From Octopus bimaculoides (taxonomy: Eukaryota), in contig NC_068993.1 of NCBI RefSeq assembly GCF_001194135.2, positions 15,459,783 through 15,493,113 on the forward strand: a stretch of 33,331 nucleotides of DNA, read 5' to 3'. Shown here piece by piece: positions 22,833-33,331 of this stretch. The notes under the pieces were generated by a model, which searched no databases, was not told where the DNA came from, and saw only the letters and a program-made list of their open reading frames with translations. The translations under genes were made by a program, and so were the position numbers. Positions within the stretch are counted from its first letter, which is position 1. Each line of letters begins with the position of its first letter.

Positions 22833-23090
22833 GTGGATCAGAGGAGTTGCTTGGTGGTTAAGATAATCGGCTCAAAATCGTGAGATCAGGAGTTCCATTC
22901 TCGGCAGCGCGTTTTGTCCTTCAGCAAGACACTTTATTTCTTGTTGCTCCAGTTCACTCAGCTGTGAAGAATGAGCTGTAACTATAATTCAAATGACCGG
23001 CCTTGTGATATGCTCTCTTACGTTGAATCTTACTGAGAACTCCGTTAAGTGAACGCGTGTCTATGGATTGTCATCGAAATACCCACTTGC
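22833..23090 (+). mobile_element. SINE family C, 3'-truncated
   Basis: gttgcttggtggttaagataatcggctcaaaatcgtgagatcaggagttcca..cagcaagacactttatttcttgttgctccagttcactcagctg; inverted near-copy at 25005-25246. Confidence 0.85.
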
Positions 23091-23526
23091 AGCCAGGATG
23101 GGGCACAACCTTCAGGGGATTTTAGTTCCACAAATCTATGCTTGTGCCTATTTTTTTAAACTTGATACTTATTCGACTAGCATGTTTTACCGAATCGCTC
23201 AGTCATGTGGATGTAAACAAACCAACACCGTGGTGGTAGGTGAGGTAACAATTCGGACACAAAGACAGACACCCACGTGTATGAAGGGCTTTCTGGCTGC
23301 TAATTTCATTCACATGACATTGGTCAGCCCGAGTTTACAGTAGGAAACAATTGAATTGTCTAATGGCCCAGTGTACGGCGCAGTAGCAGTGAACCCGATA
23401 AGCAGTGGTTGCAACGCATACATCATAACCACACAACCATATCAAATCAGAGCTGGAATACAATTGATCAAAACTGTACTCGAACACACGTGATCGAGGT
23501 ATAAGTCACAACAAACAATGAACCCA

Positions 23527-23802
23527 TTTCAAGAGGAACTTCCTGTATAAGATCCTATCAGAAACAACAGTCATTACATTTTTTTCAGGCTGGGTTCCCA
23601 ACAAGCTTCAACGGAGACTACCACTGTTATCCAGCCATATCATACATGGTCTACCCTTAGATCTCCTGCCAGTTAGCTCAACTTGAAGAGTCCATCTTGC
23701 GATAGTTTCCTATAACCGCCGAATCACATATTCATAGTACTGAAAATGTGATTTCTCAATGCAGAGAAGCGACTTGATCTGAAGAGACTCCACATTTAGC
23801 AC
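23527..23802 (-). mobile_element. Decayed RTE-clade LINE ORF C-terminus
   Basis: Single frame: VLNVESLQIKSLLCIEKSHFQYYEYVIRRL*ETIARWTLQVELTGRRSKGRPCMIWLDNSGSLR*SLLGTQPEKNVMTVVSDRILYRKFLLK. It matches the RTE/Rex3-like end pattern L.IE.SQLRW.GH..R......R......TGRRP.GRP..RW.D......W..LG..PE......DR..W (by eye). Confidence 0.8.
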
Positions 23803-24129
23803 TAAAAAAATAGGTCTTGTTACTAATGTAGTTCGGTGATCTAAAAGCTGTAAATTTGGCTTACTACTTTGTTTCCTTTCTAATATTGTTTAAAACAAAG
23901 TATCACTTATTTATATGGAAGGAAAATTAAATAAGTGTTGTTATAACACTCGCTAGATGCAACGAAACGGCCATGTTGGATGTTGCGTCTTAGAGAAATC
24001 GAGAATGGTAGGGACATTTTTTTATAATGATGATGATACTGCAAACTTTCCATGCTATTTGTTTTCAGACAAAATATAATGTACATACATGTGGCTGTGC
24101 GTATGTTTGTATGCATATGCAAACATATA

Positions 24130-24175
<46 letters not shown>

Positions 24176-24434
24176 NNNNNNNNNNNNNNNNNNNNNNNNN
24201 NNNNNNNNNNNNNNNNNNNNNNNNNNNNNNNNNNNNNNNNNNNNNNNNNNNNNNNNNNNNNNNNNNNNNNNNNNNNNNNNNNNNNNNNNNNNNNNNNNNN
24301 NNNNNNNNNNNNNNNNNNNNNNNNNNNNNNNNNNNNNNNNNNNNNNNNNNNNNNNNNNNNNNNNNNNNNNNNNNNNNNNNNNNNNNNNNNNNNNNNNNNN
24401 NNNNNNNNNNNNNNNNNNNNNNNNNNNNNNNNNN

Positions 24435-24481
<47 letters not shown>
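24130..24481. repeat. (TA)n array containing assembly gap 24176-24434
   Basis: Direct reading. Confidence 0.95.
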
Positions 24482-24485
<4 letters not shown>

Positions 24486-24921
24486 AAATAGACATGCATT
24501 AATATACTCTGACATATACATATATATATATACACACTAGCATAGGTATGTGTATACGTACATATATACCTACAAACATGTTTTACAAATACACACGCAC
24601 ACAAACGCACATTCACATATATGTGTGCTAGTGTGGGAATTTGTGTGTGTGTGTGCGTGCACCTATGTGTGTGGGTGTGTATGTGTTTATTGTTGCGACG
24701 TTGACCAGGTAAGCTCTGTATTTGTAAAGGTAATTTGTGGTGACAATTAAGTAATATTATTCGACAACTTTCTACTTATATGGCTTCATCAGGGAAAAAA
24801 AATTGTGTAGCTTCATCGTAGGTTACCTTTCTAGTAATGAACGAATCAGTAAATAAACAGAAATGTACATTTGTTGGCATGGAAATATAGAATTATTTCC
24901 ATACAATATATTCTACAGCAG

Positions 24922-25246
24922 GTACTACGTCAGTTACGACAGTGATTATTCAAATTGAGCCGATCAAGAGAACATCTCTGCTCGTGGAATTAACGCGCAG
25001 TTAGCAGACACTCCATAGATACGACTACACTTAACGCAGTTCTCAGAAAGATTCAACGTAACAGAGAATATCACAAGGCCGGCCATTTAAATTATAGTTG
25101 CAGCTCATTTTTCCCAGCTGAGTGAACTGGAGCAACAAGAAAAAAAGTGTCTTGCTGAACGACACAACGCGTTGCCGGGAGTGGAACTCCTGATCTAACG
25201 ATTTTGAGCCGACTATCTTAACCACCAAGCAACGCCACTGAGCCAC
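24922..25246 (-). mobile_element. SINE family C, near full length
   Basis: Reverse complement gtggctcagtggcgttgcttggtggttaagatagtcggctcaaaatcg..aattccacgagcag..gtcgtaactgacgtagtac. Confidence 0.85.
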
Positions 25247-25453
25247 ATATTTTATAAATATGACATACAAAACTAAAACTAAAGAAATAAAGGAGCTCTG
25301 TGTGGTAGCTCACCATGTTATAAATAATAGCAAATTTCACACGAGTTTTATTCTTATATTCACATCAATTGCGAGATTACAACTCGTCTTGGGCCTCTTA
25401 ATCTAGCGGAGCCCATATGTTTCCCGAGCTGATCACAGGTATTTCTTTCACAG

Positions 25454-25505
25454 GAAAAAAGAGGAAACGACTTAAAGAGAGAATAATCTGCTCAATACAG
25501 GACAG
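25454..25505 (+). CDS. Candidate 52-nt exon (KKRKRLKERIICSIQD, phase 1 to 2)
   Basis: Acceptor gtatttctttcacag, donor CAG|gtaatt, single open frame. No homology recognised. Confidence 0.2.
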
Positions 25506-25948
25506 GTAATTTATTTAGCCAGTCCGAAATTGACCTTGCTGCGATTTGAACTCCGTGTGCAGAAAGTCAAAATTCTGTCCGGTACTATAAAGATTTGCAA
25601 CTTCAAGTGTCTTTCCTCCAACTTTGAAACGGACAGAACCATAAATTTTTATCGTAGGTACGTATTATTTGCAAAAAGAGAGGAATGGTCAATCCTGCAA
25701 TGCCTTTACTCATATTTCTGTTCGGTCATGCCTGAAAACAACAAAAAATAACGGAGTGTTAAGTTCTTTAATTTGTGATGCATTACAAATCTAAACTAAA
25801 AATGTATATGAGATAAAAAGCAAATAAATCTAACAAAGAACTATGTTATATTTCCTATATAAGAGAAGGCAAATAAATACATCCAGATATTGCTTTTAAA
25901 TTTCTTACTCATCAAAGAGTTATCTCCCTAGCAGATTGCCGAGATGTT

Positions 25949-26380
25949 ATTTTCTACTTTAGGCACAAGGCCCGAAATTTTTGAGGAGGGGAGCTAGTCG
26001 ATTAGATCGACCCCAGTACGCAACTGGTACTTAATTTATCGACCTCGAAAGGATGAAAGGTAAAGTTGACCTTGGCGGAATTTGATCTCAAAACGTAAAG
26101 ACAAATGAAATATCGCGAAGCATTTCGCCCGGCGTGCTAACGTTTCTTATTTCTTTATTGCCCACAAGGGGCTAAACATAGAGGAGACAAACAAGGACAG
26201 ACAAAGGTTTTAAGTCGTTTACATCGACCCCAGTGCATAACCGGTACTTAATTTATCGACCCTGAAAGGATGAAAGGCAAAGTCGACCTCGGCGTAATTT
26301 GAACTCAGAACGTAACGGCAGACGAAATTCTGCCAAGTATTTCACCCGGCGGGCTAACGTTTCTGCCAGCTCGCCGCCTT
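25949..26380 (-). mobile_element. Head-to-tail dimer of SINE family A (two subtypes with different 3' tails)
   Basis: Two tandem copies of atcgaccccagt..ggtacttaatttatcgacc..gaaaggatgaaagg.aaagt.gacct.ggcg.aatttga joined at gctaacg|tttcttatttctttattgcccac. Confidence 0.9.
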
Positions 26381-26634
26381 AGATTGCTGATATAGTGTAA
26401 TACGTCTCGATAGCATGGCGGTTTTCTTCCCTGTTTCTAATGCATTTATGTACAAATATTATGATTGGTAACTACTCTAAACGGTCGAGCAAATAAGAGA
26501 GGACATTTGTTATCTGGAAAGTAGATTTGTGCAGGTAACATTCATCGTAAATATTCAATTCCAATTGTTAATTAGCATCATAGAACAAAATTGGTAAACG
26601 TAGCGTTCTGGCATAATTATTAGAGCGTCAGAAA

Positions 26635-26984
26635 CACTAACTGGCAGCATTTCTTCCGAATGCCTACATTCTGATTTCAGTTGCTATTGAACTTAACTTA
26701 GTGTTTTTGTTTTCTTTTTGAGGTCGATAAGTTAAGTAGCGTGGTCGATGTTATCGTGTAGATTCTCCCTTCAAAGATCTTCCAAAATTCCTTTCAACTA
26801 CGAGGACTGAAATTATGTGCGAGGGGTCTAGTCGATTGCATTGCAGTGTACCTATTTCATCAGACCCGATTGAATGAATGGAAAACTTAACCGCGACGGA
26901 ACTTGAAGTTAGTACGTGAAAACGGATAAAAGGCTGTTAAACATTTTGTCCGGCGTTCTAAGGATTCTACTGGCTTGCCGCCTT
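26635..26984. mobile_element. Two old family A SINE remnants, tail-to-tail (+ about 26635-26790; - about 26800-26984)
   Basis: gaggtcgataagttaagtagcgtggtcgatgttatcg on +; ..cattttgtccggcgttctaaggattctactggcttgccgcctt marks the minus-strand head. Confidence 0.6.
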
Positions 26985-29214
26985 AACCCTGTCCCAAAAT
27001 TGGCTTCAAAGTTTGATACAAGATCATTACATTACGAACAATATTTTTTAATAATTGTTACCATTATCTTTGGTTTCAATTTGCCTATTGTTGTCTTCTG
27101 CATTGAATAACTTAATTCTGAATCTAATTTTTTGGTATAAACGGTATCAAACCAAATGCCCTGGAGATGGATGGATTCGGCGAAGTCACAGAAAATTTTA
27201 ATATTGCATTCTCTAAAGTGAACTTTGGATATCAAATTTTAATGGTATTTCTAACAAAAAATATATCATATTGTTATTGCAAAACGATGATTTATCGATG
27301 ACAGTTTAGAAATAAATGAATATTTTGAAAGCCATTCTGATATCTCGCAGTTTTGAATTTGTATTATGTGAATGCGAATTGTGCTCCGCAATAATCTGTA
27401 AAATAATGCAAAGAATGATAAGTTCGACCATATACTGTTGAATGTATGCGTGATTATCATAATTCAATGCGAAAGAGTAATGGAATTCTAATAGAGGAAT
27501 ATTTTGTCTGTGTCGCTTTCCCCGGTAACATGCTGGGTTTCATGTCCATAGTAAAACAATTTGCTCGAGTATCTCAAGCGACAGCGCCAGTATTTGTTTA
27601 TATCTAAATCAATTCACCTAGTGGTATGTCCATGCAATATAAGATTATTTAGAGTTGAACCAAGCGCTACGAGTTCTACTAGGACTACGATACTGAAGGG
27701 AGTTTTCAAACGTCCTTCCTTAATATAGGAAGACAGTCATACCATGCGCATACTCTCAAATATATTGCTATATATATATCCCTGCAGAATGTACTGATAA
27801 ATGAAGTTAATTTATTCAGCACTTTGTCGCACGAATTACGAGATCTAATAACGTTTTTCTAAATAAATCGTTGATAATAATGGTGTTGCTGCTGTTGTTG
27901 TTACCACCGCCGCCGCTACTGCTGTTGCTGCTACAGTTTTACGCAGGTTACTTGTGACCGAACAGATCTTGGATTCAGGACACACCCGCTTTGATGATCC
28001 CATATATTTAAGTGTCCCAGACTACCCTTCATTCATAGATCAGAAAAAGATTGGAAAAGGGCTTTTGCTGCTATCTCTCGTAGTTTGAGCAACCGTACGG
28101 TATCCTACTCGTTTGATGTTTCAATGAATATGAGATTTTTACGAGATAAACTTTCAATTGAACCACTTCAAAATACTAGTTCCGTTTATCGCTTATAACT
28201 GTCCAAAGAATTTTCACCTGGAAATATCTTGGAAAGCATTCCCATCATATACTCTTCCCCATTTTTGTAGAATATTTGTTGTAGTGTTTAGTGTCTAAAC
28301 AAGAACACGATTTTGTAATCTTCTTGTAATCTAATGTAACAGAAAATTTGCAGACCCGCTAAAGGGAATTGCATTGGCTTCGTTGAAATCAATATCGATT
28401 CACAGACACATCGTGATAAAAGATGACAACCTCTTACTGTACAGAGTTTTCAGCGATTCTCTAATCTAATTTTCGGCGATCGGTGGGCTTCATGGAAGAA
28501 AGAAATATATACAAGAAAGATTTTCCCAATGTAAAATATATGAAGCCACACAATTGAAACTTGCTGGGATATAATAGCCGGTTTGGACAGGATTCGAACT
28601 CAGAATTTGGAGCAAATGAACTAACTTCTGGAAGGTATTTAGCTTGCAGATCTAAAAGCTTTGAAATGTGAAACAAAGATAGTAAACTGTGGAAAGTATT
28701 CAACTTGGAGGGCTGAAATCTGTATTTGAATTGACAAATTATGCCAGGTGTATCACGGTTTGATGAGGGCACGTTAATTAGTAATTACAGTGCTGCGGTA
28801 ATTGTAGTAAGATTGCGGTTTCGATTCCTGAACAGATGTGTACTTGAGAAAAGCACATCATTTCATGTCGTGTGCGCAATTCCATACATACATGCAATCT
28901 GAAGAATTTAAACTTCTCAAAACCAGAATGAAAAAAGCTGATTCAAACACTACAGATATAAGCCATCAGCGAAACTGTAAAATTCTGTAATAATTTCCAG
29001 AATTGTATCTATTTAAGCATATATAAGCATGTCTACATATGCAGTTATATGCATTAGAATGCATTAATGAAACAAAACATAGGAATTTGCACATATACTT
29101 ACATACATACATCGATACAAAAATACCCTGTTATTGAAATTCCAATGAAGGAGCCTTTAATGTGGATTAGAAACCGGCTCTTTCTCCACTGACCAACGAT
29201 CTTGAGATAACACT

Positions 29215-29330
29215 GAATAATGACATACATACATACATATATACATACATACATACATGCATACATACATAAATACATACATATATGTGCGCGTGCGTGT
29301 GTGTGTACGTAAGCAGAGTGAGTGAGTGAA
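29215..29330. repeat. (ATAC)n / (GT)n / (GAGT)n microsatellite
   Basis: Direct reading. Confidence 0.9.
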
Positions 29331-31117
29331 TGATTTATATAGAATTTCACAAACCTTATCTCATTCTCCTTTTAATGCTGCCTGCTCTTTTACCCCCCCT
29401 TTCTGTTTACATTTCCGTCTGCATACCCCTAATGTGTCTCCGCTGACATTGCTGACATTGTAAGGTATTTCTTATACACGTTATTACTCAACACGAATTT
29501 ATAACAGATAGAACATTCCTATATTGCCGCGTAGTTGTTAAATCGAAATCTGAATATTATCGAGAATTGAACTTCATACATTTGCAACCATCCACCTTCT
29601 TAAATATATATTCTTACAAAGTCGCACATTTATTCTAACGTATACAGTCATTTCCATACACAAGGATGATTTAATTCTTTTTAGAAGGGCATGAACATCA
29701 CATCGTCTCATTGACAATATCAATAAATTTATAGCTTTGCAGTTACGTTAGAAATCAATAATAATATAAAACGGGAGAATTGTAATGTTGGCAATTGTGA
29801 GCTTTTGGACAATAAAAGTGTAGGGAATCAACCACTAATGCAATACTTTGGTTTGGCTCTTTAGCATGAAGCAACGTTGATGTTTAATCTTGGACGAAGA
29901 GAAACACTGAGGAATTGATGCATGGATAAATGATTTTTAGTCTCTCGTGGTTAAATCAATTCTACTACAACAGAACGAGTGAATGAAGAAGAGAAATAGA
30001 CCAATACTTGAGGACAGCAGTTTAGAAGTTAATTTTGAAAGCCAGAATCATCTAGATTGATTGAGAGATTATTGAACACGTATCAGATTCTATGGATGTA
30101 CGATACAAAATAGATGAGGCATTTATGAACATTTGATATTGTATAGGCATATTTTTAGTTTCATATACACAAGCAGCTGCAGTTAATAAGGAACTGCGTT
30201 TATAACTTTTAAGAGGCCAAGGTTTGTATAGTATGAAATAAAGAGCAGCTTTATTGATTCGTAGATTAGCTGTGCCATATATATTTGTTCCGTAATGCCC
30301 AAAGGCAAGAAAATACAAGTGTGTGAGCACGTGTGTAACTGTGTGCGTTTGTTTGGGTCTATACATGTCTGTGCGTATGTTTGTGCGTGCGTGTATTTGA
30401 CTGGTAACGTTGAAATGTTAAAGTTTGATATAATCATTCAGAAGCGATTGAGGAATACTTGCAATTCGATCCAATCAGGTAGACACTCTACTTTAAATCG
30501 ACCGAGTGTCGACAAGCAAAAGATAGGTTTCCGATGTTCAGAGCACTCGGTGCGGTTTCGCTAACGAATTAAAGCAATTTCCTTTTCGGTTTTCCTTTAA
30601 TAAATTTGAAGAAAGCAAGGCAGCACATAGTTAGTCTAACCATGAAATAAATCTATTGCATCTAGTAAAGACGAATTAGTATATAGCAGTATGTGACACC
30701 GCTTAATTTAATTGTTATGATATTTAAATAACGAGGAAAGAGAAAATGTATTATGCATAAAAATGACAGGTTTCTATATTCCATTCCTTTCTGGTCACTA
30801 AATGTACTACATTTACATATCTCAGACAAAATACCCTTACGTCAGTGCTTTTCCTCTCACATTGCCGTTTTTGTGAGTTTTTTTTTAATCCTTTTTTTTC
30901 TATCCTGGAATATTTTGACGACACGATTACGAATATGTTGTCACGAAATATGTCCTCTTTCAAATTAGCTACAGGTAAGTTCTGACTAATGCAATGCACG
31001 CTGCTGTAAACAACTTAACTATACGCATACCGGAACAAAAAACTAACTCTATGTTTACTTTATATACAGTGACATTTCTTTTCTTTTAGGCACCCAAATA
31101 CGATTTCATGGAGATTT

Positions 31118-31300
31118 CAGTATTATTGCTATGACGGCCACTACGTTCTGAATTCAAATTCTGCTGACGTCGACTTTGCCTTTCATCCTTTCGGGGTCGA
31201 TAAAATAAGTATCAGTTACGCACTGGGATCAATATAATCGACTAGTCCCCTTCGTTAAAAGTGTTCAAGGTCTTGTGTCTAGAGTAGAAATGATTATTGC
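31118..31300 (+). mobile_element. SINE family A, 5'-truncated
   Basis: tacgttctgaattcaaattctgctgacgtcgactttgcctttcatcctttcggggtcgataaaataagtatcagttacgcactggg. Confidence 0.85.
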
Positions 31301-31657
31301 ATTCATGGCAACTCACAGCGTAGAAGAACCTTCGTCGCCTAGCAAGCGATATTTATGGAACCACTTCTCAGTTTTGAATTTCGTGCCTATTCACTGAGGT
31401 AACATATATAACATTATAGCTACAACAAACAATACCTAGGTTTTTGTTCCTATATTGAAGAGTTGAGAACTTGTATATAAATACTAAATTTACAGGAGGA
31501 AAACCGTCGACATATAATTACTGCGCAAGCTTTGTTGCAGTAATATAATTTTTAATTTTTCAATTAAACATATTTAATAACTTGTTTTAGAATTCAGGTA
31601 AATTTTTATGGTAGCACGGAATATATTCAGTTACTACACCAATATCATTATCAAAAT

Positions 31658-31659
<2 letters not shown>

Positions 31660-31702
<43 letters not shown>
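31660..31702. repeat. (TA)n microsatellite
   Basis: Direct reading. Confidence 0.95.
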
Positions 31703-31703
<1 letters not shown>

Positions 31704-32476
31704 TCATGTAGATCCGTATGTAATAGTGATCATGTATTGTGGGCTTCTTAAATAGAAAAGAAAACGGTGAAAGAAACTAAAATGTTGAAAAAAATGTAAG
31801 ATAAGGACATACACGTTCTATAGATATTCTATTTCGCTCTTATGATATCTGCTAAGCATTCCTATAGGTTCATCTTAATTTGTTAACGAAACGAGATCCC
31901 CCCAACCTATAGAATGAAATTAATTATAAATTAAATGTTTTGTAAAGAAAATATATCAGATTCTAAATGGAAATGAAAATACTTAAGAAAAGGAAACGTA
32001 TGTTATGTTACAATCCTATGTTATTTCTACTGGAATTGTAGCAGGCTTTGATATTAAAGAGTGTAATCTTATATTCTAATTAATATTTTAATATGTTGTT
32101 TAAAAATCCGTAGATTTTTCATGATGTGATGGACCCAGAACGCTTTTCATTGTATAGATATATATATATATATATCGCCTTTGGTGTATGATATATCGTT
32201 AATCTTTCAATAATCATTATTAATGACAAGTTTCCAGCCCGTTCTTTATTGTAATACTCTAAAACCATACTTATAATGTTGAAGGTCAGTGTATGTGGAG
32301 TAGCTTATTTTAACTGGATTCCTATCGAATACTTTCCTCAAGAAGGTAAATATTTTCATACAACATGGAAAAATGTTTTACCTAATTCTGCACTTACATT
32401 CATGAAAAATGGGGAATTCTTCTGTATATAATATGTTTTCAAATATATGTCGAACCTTTATAAATATAGCTTCAAA

Positions 32477-32717
32477 CCTATCGGTGTCTTTGTCGCGCCG
32501 CTAAGTTAAAACACCGACTGTAAAGCAGTAGTTGAAGATAGACACATACAGCTATAAACATATATACGATGAGTTTCTTTCAGTTTCTCTCAAACAAACC
32601 CATTCAAAAAGCGTTTGTCGGCCCAGGACTAAGCAGACGTCTGAAGGTACAATGCAGTGGGACGGAACCCGGAATCATGTGGTTGAGAAGCAAACTTCTT
32701 TCCAATTGCCGACACAG
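32477..32717 (-). mobile_element. SINE family B, diverged
   Basis: gcagtgggacggaacccggaatcatgtggttgagaagcaaacttctt is the reverse complement of the family B head; ccgctaagtta and tttctttcagtttc match the body. Confidence 0.75.
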
Positions 32718-33331
32718 GTTTTTTAGTGGAGAATATTATTAGATTTAGCTGTTTACCCTTTCGTAAATATATTTCAGAGGATGTGTAATGAATATTTCAG
32801 AATATGAGTAATGAAGTTAAGTTCCTTGATTAAATCTGCTTTGTTTTCCGAACAAAATGCATGGAACATAAAATGGTAGTGAGTTTTCTCATGGTGCGCT
32901 GCTTCTACTGAATGTCTTTATATATCCTGAACCAAATTGGATTCTCTTTTGGACAGCTTTTAGTTCAAATTTGAATTCGCAGACTCTAAAAATTAACTAA
33001 AGGCTTGTTTTGTTTGTGCTTTTCCCTCCGGTTTTTTGTTCTATGTGTGCCATAAATATCGCCATCCGTTTTAGAGAAAAATTTGTAGTTTAGAAACGGT
33101 AGTTCTTTGACTGCTGTTTCTGAATTTTCAGTATGTTGGAGAAGCAACTCAATTGCTAATCCCTTATATTTATGATGATAAATGGTCTTACCGATAAAGG
33201 TTTATTTCATACTGAACTACTTGGCAAAATTGTTAATTGTTAATTCTATTATTAATTGACGATTCCCTGCCCTCATTTCTTGTATATTTTATATTTGATA
33301 TCTCTAAGTTAGATAGTTAAACCGTAATCCC

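Noticed and set aside
1668-24750. Many ORF-track entries rich in YI/IY, VC/CV, HT/TH, SI/YL or X runs
   Set aside because: Translations of dinucleotide or tetranucleotide microsatellites and N-gaps, which lack stop codons by composition.
24770-24795. Second CTGATGA..GAAA motif on the minus strand
   Set aside because: The intervening bases cannot form stem II, so it is not a hammerhead.
25949-26380. Repeated ~40-bp motifs suggesting a CRISPR-like or regular array
   Set aside because: These are SINE monomers without repeat-spacer periodicity, in a eukaryotic context with no cas genes.
28461-28790. Minus ORF with LRR-like spacing, and a plus-frame LGGLK motif resembling L1 post-RT sequence
   Set aside because: Both resemblances are too weak and they contradict each other; this needs a profile search.
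33131-33196. Acceptor plus YVGEATQLLIPYIYDDKWSYR* as a terminal exon
   Set aside because: Short, with no homology recognised and no linkable upstream exon.

Overview
AT-rich, microsatellite-dense eukaryotic sequence with seven N-gaps, each flanked by simple repeats. It looks like intronic or intergenic DNA. The interspersed repeats match tRNA-derived SINE families I recognise from Octopus (coleoid cephalopod) genomes; that assignment is from memory, not a search. No complete protein-coding gene, rRNA, true tRNA or CRISPR array is supported, and most ORFs in the track are microsatellite translations. Hand translation reveals decayed transposon coding remnants that the track misses: two RTE-clade LINE 3' ends (891-1385 +, 23527-23802 -), an N-terminal Tc1/mariner transposase (12475-12882 -) and a probable L1/Tx1-like ORF2 C-terminus (~21200-21930 -). 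The most notable structures are a SINE inserted into an RTE with an exact 18-bp target duplication, a SINE dimer apparently inserted as one unit, an inverted SINE duplication that shares its flank (a possible dsRNA/ADAR substrate), a ~215-bp MITE-like foldback, a degenerate hammerhead-like core, and several small candidate exons of an unidentified host gene. I found nothing that I can honestly call a new biological system; these are leads only.
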